In this document: positions 10,049 through 18,503 of the stretch, in pieces
Numbering within the stretch: the first letter of the stretch is position 1
How the letters are laid out: each line of letters starts with the position of its first letter
Assembly: GCA_036650755.1 (NCBI GenBank)
Contig: JAVVZC010000001.1
Coordinates: 1-40,207, forward strand
Direction: 5' to 3'
DNA: 40,207 bases
DNA from: Oscillospiraceae bacterium
GTDB taxonomy: Bacteria; Bacillota; Clostridia; Oscillospirales; Oscillospiraceae
Position numbers and translations under genes: made by a program
The notes under the pieces: model-generated
What the model was told of the DNA's origin: nothing
Seen by the model: only the letters and a program-made list of their open reading frames with translations
Database searches by the model: none

Positions 10049-10771
10049 TTAGTCTGCTACCTGCTTTTGCAAGTTTTCTATCTCACGTGGTTCCAAAAAT
10101 CGCCATTTGCCAAGGGGGAGAGTGCCAAGCGCCAGCCCGCCCTCGGAGCAGCGCTTAAGGCGCAAAACCCGAAGCCCCGCAATTTCGCACATCTTGCGGA
10201 TTTGCCTGTTGCGCCCCTCGGAGATGGTAATTTCAATCAGTGCGCCATCGTGGGTGCCGTCCTCATTGAGAAGCTTCACTCTTGCGGGATTGATTGCAGA
10301 GCCGTCAATTTCAAGGGGCAGCGCCAAGGTTACCAGCGCTTTGTCGATGTTTTCGCCCCGAACTCGGGCACGATAGGTTTTTTTGACCTGATGGGAGGGG
10401 TGCATCAGCCGAAAGGCAAGGTCGCCGTCGTCGGTCATGATAAGCAGTCCCTCGGAGTCGATGTCAAGTCTGCCCACAGGGTAAACCCGAACGCCCACAT
10501 CCGCCGTCAGCTCCGCAACGGTGCGGCGACCCTTTTCGTCGCTCATGGTGGTAACGAAGCCTCGGGGCTTGTTCAGCATTATGTAAGTCCTCTGCCCGGA
10601 TTTGGGGAGAGGTTTGTCGTCAATTGTGATGATGTCCGTTTCCTCGGCGCTTGCGCCGATTGGGGCAATTTCGCCGTTTAGCTTGACCCTGCCGCCCTCG
10701 ATAAGGGTTTCCGCGGCACGTCGGGAGCAAAAGCCCGAGGAAGCAATGATTTTTTGCAGTCTCTGTTTCAT
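10049..10771 (-). CDS. rluB: Pseudouridine synthase, RsuA/RluB family
   Basis: S4 domain RLQKIIASSGFCSRRAAETLIEGGRVKLNG and a catalytic block VYPVGRLDIDSEGLLIMTDDG. I place the start at MKQRLQK (10771). The upstream in-frame ATG at 10843 would overlap dacB by 50 nt. Confidence 0.8.
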   Translation of the reverse strand: MKQRLQKIIASSGFCSRRAAETLIEGGRVKLNGEIAPIGASAEETDIITIDDKPLPKSGQRTYIMLNKPRGFVTTMSDEKGRRTVAELTADVGVRVYPVGRLDIDSEGLLIMTDDGDLAFRLMHPSHQVKKTYRARVRGENIDKALVTLALPLEIDGSAINPARVKLLNEDGTHDGALIEITISEGRNRQIRKMCEIAGLRVLRLKRCSEGGLALGTLPLGKWRFLEPREIENLQKQVAD

Positions 10772-10793
10772 AATAGTTGTAATCCATCCTTCC

Positions 10794-11951
10794 TCAAATT
10801 GCGCCGGGTCTGCCCTTAAAAACGAATTCGTATTTGTTGGCAAGATACCAAGCCCTGCGAAATCTTCCCCAGGGGCTCAGCTTAACGCCCTCCGCAAGGG
10901 GAGCGTCCTCGGTGTAGACCAGCAGATATTCGCCGATTATTTCGCCCTCCGCCCGAAGACGTAAAAGCCCCGCCCTCTCCCCTGCTTTTACACCCGCATA
11001 GACGAATTCGGGAAGCTCAATTTCTAAATCAAGCTTGCAGTTTTTTGGGAGCAGCATTCGGGTGTTGCCCCGGCAGGCAACGCCCACCGAGTTTTTTTCG
11101 CCGGAAATGAGGGGAACTTCGCAGAACCGCCCCTCCGGGATTGCGGGCTTGTATTGATATTCGCCAAAGCCCCAGTCGTAGAGTGCCTTGTGGTCCTCCC
11201 AGTCGTTGGGGTCGGAAATTGTAACGCAAATCAGGCGAAGCCCGTTTCGCTCCGCGCAGGAGACAAGAATTCTGCCCGCGGCAATGGTGTAGCCGGTTTT
11301 TACGCCGATTGCGCCCTCGTAGTTCCAGAGCAGCTTGTTGTGGTTCATGTAGCTTTGTTCGCCCACGGTGTAGGTTTTTGTGGCGACGATTTTTGCAAAG
11401 GTTTCATTTTTCATGGCGGCGCAGGTTAAGATTGCCATATCCGCCGCTGTGGAATAATGCCCGTCGGCATCCAAGCCGTGGGGGTTTTTGAAGCAGGAAT
11501 TGAGCATTCCCAGCGCCGCCGCCTTTTCGTTCATCAGGGCGGCAAATTCGGGAATTCCGCCGCCGCAGTGGGTGGCAAGCGCCTCCGCCGCGTCGTTTCC
11601 CGAGGCAAGGAGCAAGCCGTAAAGCAGGTCACGAACGGTGTAGCTGCCCCCGGGCTTCAGATACATGGAGGAGCCGATAACGGCGGCGTGCGCGGGCAAA
11701 ACCTCAACAGGCGCGTCAAGCTCGCAGTTTTCTATGACCACCAGCGCCGTCATGATTTTTGTGGTGCTGGCAATCAGCATTCTTTCGGAGGCGTTTTTTT
11801 CATAGAGCAACTGACCTGTTTCGGCGTGAACCAAAATTGCGGCTCCCGCGCTGTTTTCGGGCGCGGCAAAAGCAAAGCCCGTCAGCAGGGGAATAATAAG
11901 GAGGCAAAAAAGAGCCGCCCCCCACAAAAACTTTTTAATAATAAGCACCAC
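10794..11951 (-). CDS. dacB: D-alanyl-D-alanine carboxypeptidase (serine-type, PBP5/DacB-like)
   Basis: Signal/TM segment, SxxK (ASTTKIMT), SxN (LASGND) and KTG (VKTGYT) motifs. The GTG start at 11951 is uncertain by a few codons. Confidence 0.85.
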   Translation of the reverse strand: MVLIIKKFLWGAALFCLLIIPLLTGFAFAAPENSAGAAILVHAETGQLLYEKNASERMLIASTTKIMTALVVIENCELDAPVEVLPAHAAVIGSSMYLKPGGSYTVRDLLYGLLLASGNDAAEALATHCGGGIPEFAALMNEKAAALGMLNSCFKNPHGLDADGHYSTAADMAILTCAAMKNETFAKIVATKTYTVGEQSYMNHNKLLWNYEGAIGVKTGYTIAAGRILVSCAERNGLRLICVTISDPNDWEDHKALYDWGFGEYQYKPAIPEGRFCEVPLISGEKNSVGVACRGNTRMLLPKNCKLDLEIELPEFVYAGVKAGERAGLLRLRAEGEIIGEYLLVYTEDAPLAEGVKLSPWGRFRRAWYLANKYEFVFKGRPGAI

Positions 11952-12033
11952 CCTCGGTTAATTTGGGCAGTGCTTATTATTGACTGCAAAGGAAAGAAAT
12001 ATTCAGTTAAAGAGCCAAAGCAAAGGCAGAAAA

Positions 12034-12411
12034 CTAGTCTGCGTTGTGCTTGTGGTCTTTGATTAGCTGTTCGATTTTATCAACAAAGTCGGGGATAAGC
12101 TCCACAAGTCTGTCAAGGGTTGAGGTTGGAGGAACGCCGATATTCAGCATTTTTACGTTGCCCTCGCAGACAACAAGGAAGCCCACGGGTTCGATTTTTA
12201 CGCCCGCGCCGTTGCCGCCGCCGAAGCCGCCGTTTTTGTAGGGGATGTCCGAACCGCCGCCGCCAAAGCCAAAGGAGACTTTGGAAATTGGGATAAGGGT
12301 GGTGCCGTCGGGGGTGGTGATGGGAGCGCCCACAATGGTGTTTACGTCCACCATTTCTTTAATTTTGCTGAGGGTTATTTCGGTCAATTCGCCGATAGGA
12401 TGCTTTTCCAT
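12034..12411 (-). CDS. ytfJ: Sporulation protein YtfJ (GerW family)
   Basis: 125 aa with ...PISKVSFGFGGGGSD....GGFGGGNGAGVKIEPVGFLVV, which is characteristic of the family. Its ATG shares one base with the upstream stop (TAATG). Confidence 0.85.
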   Translation of the reverse strand: MEKHPIGELTEITLSKIKEMVDVNTIVGAPITTPDGTTLIPISKVSFGFGGGGSDIPYKNGGFGGGNGAGVKIEPVGFLVVCEGNVKMLNIGVPPTSTLDRLVELIPDFVDKIEQLIKDHKHNAD

Positions 12412-13064
12412 TATTTTTGTTCCTTTCTTTCTCCGTTTTCTGTTTTTTGCTCATTTTTCTTATCCGACTTGATTTGCTTTTTCTCTTTGATTTTCATTTT
12501 TAAGAATTCGATACCGAAGGCAATGCCAATATAAAGAAGCTCCCAAATTTGGATGGTCGCGGTGAGCCAAAAGTCAAATTTTGGTTTTTCCTCCGTGAAG
12601 CTCACTTCAACTCCGTAGTCCCGCTGGCGAATGTTGAACGCCTCCTCGAACAGGGGGGAAATTGAGCCCATAACCGCGGCGGCATAGCCGTAACCCAGCG
12701 CGGTTTTGAAGGGGTCATCGGAGGCATAGGTGAAGTGAAGGCGGACATAGTTGATGGTAAGGTGCCTGCGGAAGCGGGAAAGCGCACGAAGTCCCATTTT
12801 CAGTATGCCCAAGAGTTGCTTATAATCGGGTGGATTTTTTGCTTTCTTTTGCTTTTCCTTCTTGCTCTGTTCTTTTTTTGGCTTTTTGGATTTTTTCGGC
12901 TTGGCTTTCTTTTTCTTTCGGGGGAAAACACGGAAATCAAGCCCGGCGATGCGCAGGGAAAGGTCGGGCTTTGTCCCCGCGATGCCGCCGTCGATGCCAA
13001 GGGGAATTAGCAAAATAACGATGAGAACAGCAAGGATTATAAAAAGCGCCAGCAAGGGCGTCAC
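12411..13064 (-). CDS. DUF2953 domain protein (YtfI-like sporulation membrane protein) with a Lys-rich linker
   Basis: N-terminal TM helix MTPLLALFIILAVLIVILLIPLGIDG, then a K-rich stretch (PRKKKKAKPKKSKKPKKEQSKKEKQKKAK). It sits in the conserved position immediately upstream of ytfJ. GTG start with SD AAGGAG. Confidence 0.6.
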   Translation of the reverse strand: MTPLLALFIILAVLIVILLIPLGIDGGIAGTKPDLSLRIAGLDFRVFPRKKKKAKPKKSKKPKKEQSKKEKQKKAKNPPDYKQLLGILKMGLRALSRFRRHLTINYVRLHFTYASDDPFKTALGYGYAAAVMGSISPLFEEAFNIRQRDYGVEVSFTEEKPKFDFWLTATIQIWELLYIGIAFGIEFLKMKIKEKKQIKSDKKNEQKTENGERKEQK

Positions 13065-13098
13065 TCCCTCTCCTTAAGCTAAGGGCAGATTTTGGGCT

Positions 13099-13695
13099 TT
13101 AGTCGTCGATTTTGAGCTGTTCGTTGTCCGGGGACTTAAGGGCGTCAATAACGGCATTCAGGCGGGAGATGCCCTCATCGGTGCTCATGTCGGGAAGCTT
13201 TGGAAGCTCTGCAATGTTAGTTATGCCCAATGTTCGCAAAAATAGCTCCGTAGTTTTGTAAATTGAGGGTCTGCCGGGAACCTCAAGCCGCCCACAGCTT
13301 TCGATTAGCCCCCGTTCCTGCAAAACTCCCATGGTGTAGGAGCTGTCAACTCCGCGCACCTGCTCCACATATGCTCTTGTGACAGGCTGAAAATATGCGC
13401 AGATTGCCAAGACCTCAAGTGAGGATTGGCTAAGCTTTGGAGGGCGGCGCCTTTCCAAGGCTTGGGTGATGGGCTGGGCAAATTCCGCAGCGGAGCAAAG
13501 CTGAAGGGCGTCGTTAACGCGCACAAGTCGAATTCCCCGCCGACGAAAGGCGTAGTCGTCGGAAAGCTGCTTTGCGCAAGCTAAAACGAGTTCTGTGTCA
13601 AGCCCCAGCACAAGGGCGATGCGCTCCGCCGGGACAGGCTCCCCCGCCGCGAAAAGGATTGCTTCGATTGCGGCTTCAAGCTCTTGATTTTCCAT
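13099..13695 (-). CDS. scpB: SMC-Scp complex subunit ScpB
   Basis: LEAAIEAILFAAGEPV..., tandem winged-helix layout, and a position directly after scpA. Confidence 0.9.
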   Translation of the reverse strand: MENQELEAAIEAILFAAGEPVPAERIALVLGLDTELVLACAKQLSDDYAFRRRGIRLVRVNDALQLCSAAEFAQPITQALERRRPPKLSQSSLEVLAICAYFQPVTRAYVEQVRGVDSSYTMGVLQERGLIESCGRLEVPGRPSIYKTTELFLRTLGITNIAELPKLPDMSTDEGISRLNAVIDALKSPDNEQLKIDD

Positions 13696-13710
13696 AATTA
13701 TAATATCATC

Positions 13711-14499
13711 CTATTCGGCGATTTCCATTGAAGCTGTGTCGGGAATGGCGCTGCCAAGAGAAACAAAAAGCTCACCCTCAAGGCTTTGGATTTCGATGCT
13801 GCCACAGCTGCAAAGCTCCAGCACGGAGATGAAGGTTGCAATAATTTCGGAGCGGCTGGCGCTCATTTGGTAAAGCTCCTTCAGGGATTTTTTTGTGTCG
13901 CCTTGAAGGAGAGTTAAAAGCTGTTCGCTTTTTTCCTTGACGCCGTAGATGATGCGTCCGGGGACGGCAACGCCAACTCTTTCGGGTGAAAAGCTGTTTG
14001 AGCCACGGGAAAAAACCTCCGCCAAGGCGATGAGAAGCTCCGCCGGTTGGTGGGAAAAGCGATAGCTTTTGTCGCCGATTTGAGCAAGGGGCTCCGCCGG
14101 CTTTGAAAACATGAGAAGTCCCTGCTCCGCCGCGCGGGCAAGCTCCGGCGTTATCGCCTTGATGCTCATGTAGGCGTCGTGGCATTGAAGCTGCTCCAAG
14201 GACATGCGCAGCTCGTCAAGCTCGGAAACCTCCTCCTCGCCCACCAGCAGGGTGCGGGTTTTGATGTAGACAAGGTGGGAAGCCATTTGGACAAATTCGC
14301 TGGCAAGGTCCAAATCCATCTCCTGCATTTTTGAGATGTAGGCAAGGTATTGCTCCAAAATGACGGAGATTTGCAAATCCCGAATTTCTATTTTGTTTTT
14401 TTGGAGGAGCATGAGGATAAGGCTGAGGGGACCCGAAAAGTCCTGTAGCTCATCCCGTGATTTTACAATGCCCTCCAGGAAAAAGGTTGGATTATCCAT
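13711..14499 (-). CDS. scpA: Segregation and condensation protein A
   Basis: ScpA-like F.GPL.LIL.LLQKNKIEIRDLQIS.I..QYL. I prefer the ATG at 14499, preceded by GGAGGG, over the track's GTG at 14517. Confidence 0.9.
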   Translation of the reverse strand: MDNPTFFLEGIVKSRDELQDFSGPLSLILMLLQKNKIEIRDLQISVILEQYLAYISKMQEMDLDLASEFVQMASHLVYIKTRTLLVGEEEVSELDELRMSLEQLQCHDAYMSIKAITPELARAAEQGLLMFSKPAEPLAQIGDKSYRFSHQPAELLIALAEVFSRGSNSFSPERVGVAVPGRIIYGVKEKSEQLLTLLQGDTKKSLKELYQMSASRSEIIATFISVLELCSCGSIEIQSLEGELFVSLGSAIPDTASMEIAE

Positions 14500-14553
14500 T
14501 CGCCCTCCACACGGCACAATAGGGCTGCATTATGTATTTCGTCGTGAAGCAAC

Positions 14554-15177
14554 TTATACGCTAAGGGAAAAAGAAAACTCGGCAATTTTGAAAAGTACAT
14601 TGAAAAGTCCGCCTGTAACAGTGCTTAAAACGGGGGTCAGCACGCCGCTTACCATGACAACAAGCATAATAATCATGCCGTAGCGCTCATAGCGCATCAG
14701 CTTCCAGTAGTTTTGCTCGGACAGAAGTGAGAACAAAACCTTGGAGCCGTCCAAGGGCGGAATGGGGATAATGTTGAAAACAGCGAGAGCACAGCTAAGG
14801 TAGGCTGTGCGGCTGATCATTTGCAAAACCACGTCTCCAAAGGAGCCGGCTTTTAGTAGGGGGACATAGAGAAAGCCGTAGATAAGCAGCACAAAGGCGG
14901 CAAGAATGACGTTTGAAACAGGGCCGGCAAGAGCTGTGATTGCCATGTCCCTTTTGGGGTTTTTGAAGTTGTTCATGTTGACGGGCACAGGCTTTGCCCA
15001 GCCGAATTTGAAAACCACCATCATGAGAAGCCCCATGATGTCGATGTGCTTGATGGGGTTAAGGGTCAGCCTTCCCGCGTTTTTCGCGGTGTTGTCACCC
15101 AGCTTGTAGGCGACAGCGCCGTGGCAAAGCTCGTGGAAGGTTATGCAAAGCAGAGCGGGAATGACCGAAATGAGCAT
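14554..15177 (-). CDS. Site-2 protease family (peptidase M50) membrane metalloprotease
   Basis: HExxH motif FHELCHG, multiple TM helices and a downstream NxxPxxPLDG motif (NIIPIPPLDG). The first ATG has no SD. See the finding on a possible upstream ATA start at 15231. Confidence 0.8.
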   Translation of the reverse strand: MLISVIPALLCITFHELCHGAVAYKLGDNTAKNAGRLTLNPIKHIDIMGLLMMVVFKFGWAKPVPVNMNNFKNPKRDMAITALAGPVSNVILAAFVLLIYGFLYVPLLKAGSFGDVVLQMISRTAYLSCALAVFNIIPIPPLDGSKVLFSLLSEQNYWKLMRYERYGMIIMLVVMVSGVLTPVLSTVTGGLFNVLFKIAEFSFSLSV

Positions 15178-15287
15178 GTCGGTGAGGACAGACCAGTCAA
15201 GCCCCTGCCAAAAGTTTTGAAGTGTGTTTATGGGAGCACCTCCGAATTAACGCTGTTGCGGTTTTTTAAAGAAACAAATACGCTTGT

Positions 15288-15296
15288 ATTATATCA
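15288..15296 (-). promoter_or_regulatory. Putative extended -10 promoter (TGATATAAT) for the S2P-scpAB-ytfIJ-dacB-rluB gene string
   Basis: On the minus strand TGATATAAT lies about 50 nt upstream of the GGAGG preceding the S2P gene, just after the engB terminator. Confidence 0.4.
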
Positions 15297-15307
15297 AAAG
15301 TGAAAGC

Positions 15308-15374
15308 AAAAAACAAGAGCGGGACAAGCACAAGGTTTTCGTGCGAAATGCGCCGAAAGCTGTGCCTGCCCCGC
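15308..15374 (-). terminator. Putative intrinsic terminator after engB (long composite hairpin)
   Basis: On the minus strand GCGGGGCAGGCAC pairs with GTGCTTGTCCCGC (13 bp including G-U pairs). Inner helices (TTTCG/CGAAA, GCG/CGC) sit in the loop. TCTTGTTTTTTGC follows. Confidence 0.45.
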
Positions 15375-15380
15375 AAATTA

Positions 15381-15962
15381 TTAGATTGCTTTCATAATTT
15401 CCGACATAAGCTCCTTTGTGCCTGTCCCCTTTTCGGCGGAAAAAACGATGATGGGAACATCCTCGGTAAATTCAAGGGTTTCACGGATTATTGCCACATT
15501 GGGCGCAATTTCCGAAGGCTTTAGCTTGTCGGCTTTGTTTGCAACGACCACCAGAGGGCACTGGGTTTCTTTAAACCAATTTGCCATGATAACGTCGTCG
15601 GCTGTGGGCTTGTGGCGGCTGTCAACAATCATGATGCCAAGGGTAATAAGCCCCTCGGTGGCAAAAAACTGCTCCATAAGCCTGCCCCAGCGTTCTTTTT
15701 CGGTTTTTGCGACCTTGGCATAGCCGTAGCCGGGCAGGTCAACAAAATATGCGACGCGGTCGATTAGGAAATAGTTGACGTGGACGGTTTTTCCCGGGTT
15801 TGAACCCACCCTCGCAATGTTTTTGCGGTTGAGCAGGCGATTGATGACCGAGGACTTGCCAACGTTGGACTTGCCCGAAAAAACGATTGTGGGCAGCCCG
15901 TCGGTGATAAAATCCTTCACCCCGGCGGCGGACTTGATAAATTCCGTGTTGTTTATGTTCAT
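15381..15962 (-). CDS. engB: Ribosome biogenesis GTP-binding protein YsxC/EngB
   Basis: G1 GKSNVGKSS, G3 DLPGYG and G4 NKADK. Conserved position after lon. Confidence 0.9.
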   Translation of the reverse strand: MNINNTEFIKSAAGVKDFITDGLPTIVFSGKSNVGKSSVINRLLNRKNIARVGSNPGKTVHVNYFLIDRVAYFVDLPGYGYAKVAKTEKERWGRLMEQFFATEGLITLGIMIVDSRHKPTADDVIMANWFKETQCPLVVVANKADKLKPSEIAPNVAIIRETLEFTEDVPIIVFSAEKGTGTKELMSEIMKAI

Positions 15963-15969
15963 AATACAC

Positions 15970-18405
15970 CTATTGCCTTAAATTTGAGGAACAAATCGGC
16001 GATTTTGAGTCAATTACGGGAACCATGACTTCACCCGCCCCGACTTTGCTTTCGGAAAAGCCGATTTTGCGGTTGAGAGCGATGTCCAAAACCTTGTCAA
16101 CGTGGTCGGTGACGACGAAATTAAGAGCGGCACGAACCCGCTGGTCAATTTCCTCCAAGTCCTTTTCGTTGTCGGCGGGGATGATAACTGTTGTAACGCC
16201 GGCGCGGAGAGCCGCCATGGTTTTTTCACGAAGCCCGCCGATGGGCATAACCCGACCGCGGAGTGAAATTTCACCTGTCATTGCGATGTCGCGGCGCACG
16301 GGAGCGCCCGTAAGCGCGGAAATTACGGCGATGCAGATGGTGATGCCCGCCGAGGGTCCGTCCTTGGGGATTGCGCCCTCGGGGAAATGGATGTGGATGT
16401 CCTTGGTTTTGTAAAAGTCCTTGTCGATGGAAAGCTTTTCGGCACGGCTGCGGATGTAGGTGACTGCCGCCTTTGCGGATTCCTTCATCACGTCGCCCAG
16501 ATTGCCGGTTAATTCCAGCTTTCCCGTGCCGTCCATCACGCTGACCTCAACGTCCAAAACGGCGCCGCCCACGCTGGTCCAAGCAAGACCACGCACAAGA
16601 CCGACTTCGTCCGCCGGGCGGAGGGTGTCGGGCTTATATTTTGGGGGACCCATAAGTTCTTCAAGCTTGCCCGCGGTGAGACGGAGGGCTTTGCAGTCGC
16701 CGTCCGCGATTTTTCTCGCGGTTTTGCGGCAGGCGGCGGCAAGCTCACGCTCCAAAATGCGGACGCCGGACTCCCTTGTGTAAAGGGAGATAAGCTCACG
16801 GATGGCGTCGTCGCTCATTTTGAGCTGAGCGGCGGAGAGCCCGTGCTTTTTGCGTTGCTTGGGAAGCAGGTGGTCTTTTGCGATGGAGAGCTTTTCCTCG
16901 TCGGTGTAGCTTGAAAGCTCAATGACCTCCATTCGGTCAAGCAGTGCTCGGGGAATGGTGTCCGTGGTGTTGGCGGTGGTGATGAAAAACGCGTCGGAAA
17001 GGTCAAAGGGAAGCTCAATGTAGTGGTCACGGAAGGCGTGATTTTGCTCCGAGTCCAAGGCTTCCAAAAGCGCGGCAGAGGGGTCGCCCCGATAGTCGCT
17101 GCCCAGCTTGTCAATTTCGTCCAAAAGCAGCAGCGGGTTCCGACTTTTTGCCTGAATAACCCCGGCGATAATGCGCCCGGGCATAGCGCCCACATAGGTT
17201 TTGCGGTGACCGCGAATTTCCGCCTCGTCGTGAACGCCGCCAAGAGAAATCATTGCAAGCTTGCGGTTTGTGGCTCTTGCAATGCTTTTTGCTATGCTGG
17301 TTTTGCCGGTGCCGGGAGGCCCCACAAGGCAGAGCACGGTGCCCCGAAGCTTTGGTGCAAGCTGCTTCACGGCAAGATATTCGATGATGCGGTCCTTCAC
17401 CTTTTCAAGACCGAAATGGTCGTCGTCAAGGATTTTTCGGGCACGCTTAATGTCGATTATTTCATTTGTTGTTGTGTTCCAAGGAAGCTCCAAACAGGTG
17501 TCCAGATAGTTGCGGATAAGGGCGCTTTCGGCGGAGCCGGGCTGCTGCTTTGAAAGGCGGGAAACCTCTTTTATGAGTTTTTCCGTCAGCTCGTCCGAGA
17601 GCTTAAGCTCCAAAATTTGCTTTTGGTAGTCGTCCAATTCCTCGTCAAAATCGTCAAAATCCCCAAGCTCGGCTTGGATAACCTTCATCTGCTCCCGCAG
17701 GAAAAAGTCCTTTTGGGATTTTGTCATCAGGGTTTGGGTCTGCTCCTGAAGCTCCTGCTCGATGGAAAGCACGGAAATTTCACGGGTCAGAAAGCGATTT
17801 AGCAGTGCGATGCGGTTAAGAGGACGGGCTTCTTCCAGTAAGAGCTGCTTTTTTTCCGGGTTGAGGTAGATGTTTTGGGCGATGTAGTCGGAAAGATAGG
17901 CAGGGTCTGTGATGGACGCCACCTTTGCAAGCATTTCGGGAGGGAGCGCGCCCAAAAGGTGGGCGTAATCGTCGAAAAGGTCAACGCATTGGCGAACAAT
18001 CGCCTCCGCCTTGGGGGAGTTGGATTTTGCCTCGGTGGCTTCAATAATCTCAACCTCGGCAAAGTTGAAGGCGTCGCCATAATCGAAGCGGACAATTTTT
18101 GCCCGCTGAATGCCCTCAACCAAAATGCGGACGGCTTCCGTCCCCGGGATGCGCAAAAGCTGCTTCACACGGCAAATTGTGCCGACCTTGTAGAGGTCGT
18201 CTGCCTTGGGCAGCTCCACGGAAAGGTCATGCTGGGAGACCATAAAAATCAGCCTGTTGGCTTCCAAAGCGGCGTCCAGCGCGGCAACGGACATGGGGCG
18301 GATAACGTCAAAATTTATGAGCATTCCCGGAAAAACGGACAGACCGCGCATAGGCAGCAGCGGATAGCCCTTGGAAAGCAGATTTTCGTCTGTATTATTC
18401 ATCAA
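15970..18405 (-). CDS. lon: ATP-dependent endopeptidase La (Lon protease)
   Basis: 811 aa with an N-terminal LON substrate domain, Walker A GPPGTGKTS, and a proteolytic Ser context PKDGPSAGI. AGGAGG SD. Confidence 0.95.
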   Translation of the reverse strand: MMNNTDENLLSKGYPLLPMRGLSVFPGMLINFDVIRPMSVAALDAALEANRLIFMVSQHDLSVELPKADDLYKVGTICRVKQLLRIPGTEAVRILVEGIQRAKIVRFDYGDAFNFAEVEIIEATEAKSNSPKAEAIVRQCVDLFDDYAHLLGALPPEMLAKVASITDPAYLSDYIAQNIYLNPEKKQLLLEEARPLNRIALLNRFLTREISVLSIEQELQEQTQTLMTKSQKDFFLREQMKVIQAELGDFDDFDEELDDYQKQILELKLSDELTEKLIKEVSRLSKQQPGSAESALIRNYLDTCLELPWNTTTNEIIDIKRARKILDDDHFGLEKVKDRIIEYLAVKQLAPKLRGTVLCLVGPPGTGKTSIAKSIARATNRKLAMISLGGVHDEAEIRGHRKTYVGAMPGRIIAGVIQAKSRNPLLLLDEIDKLGSDYRGDPSAALLEALDSEQNHAFRDHYIELPFDLSDAFFITTANTTDTIPRALLDRMEVIELSSYTDEEKLSIAKDHLLPKQRKKHGLSAAQLKMSDDAIRELISLYTRESGVRILERELAAACRKTARKIADGDCKALRLTAGKLEELMGPPKYKPDTLRPADEVGLVRGLAWTSVGGAVLDVEVSVMDGTGKLELTGNLGDVMKESAKAAVTYIRSRAEKLSIDKDFYKTKDIHIHFPEGAIPKDGPSAGITICIAVISALTGAPVRRDIAMTGEISLRGRVMPIGGLREKTMAALRAGVTTVIIPADNEKDLEEIDQRVRAALNFVVTDHVDKVLDIALNRKIGFSESKVGAGEVMVPVIDSKSPICSSNLRQ

Positions 18406-18453
18406 ATTTTCCTCCTTTCGGGGGGTGTGATAGTTTCCTATTTAATACGCTGA

Positions 18454-18486
18454 GAGCCGCACTATTTTGTGCGGCTCCGTTTTTTT
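18454..18486 (+). terminator. Canonical intrinsic-terminator hairpin oriented on the plus strand, between the minus-strand clpX and lon genes
   Basis: Perfect 9-bp stem GAGCCGCAC / GTGCGGCTC with a 6-nt loop. On the plus strand CG plus T7 follows. On the minus strand the hairpin is preceded by A7 and followed by a non-U-rich sequence. Confidence 0.5.
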
Positions 18487-18503
18487 AATAAGCGCCGACA
18501 AAG

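Noticed and set aside
12830-12930. A T/G-rich quasi-repetitive stretch (ttttt/cttt/ggc units) that looks like a tandem repeat.
   Set aside because: It is the plus-strand image of the Lys-rich (AAA/AAG) linker of the DUF2953 protein on the minus strand. The units are imperfect and stay in frame with the CDS.
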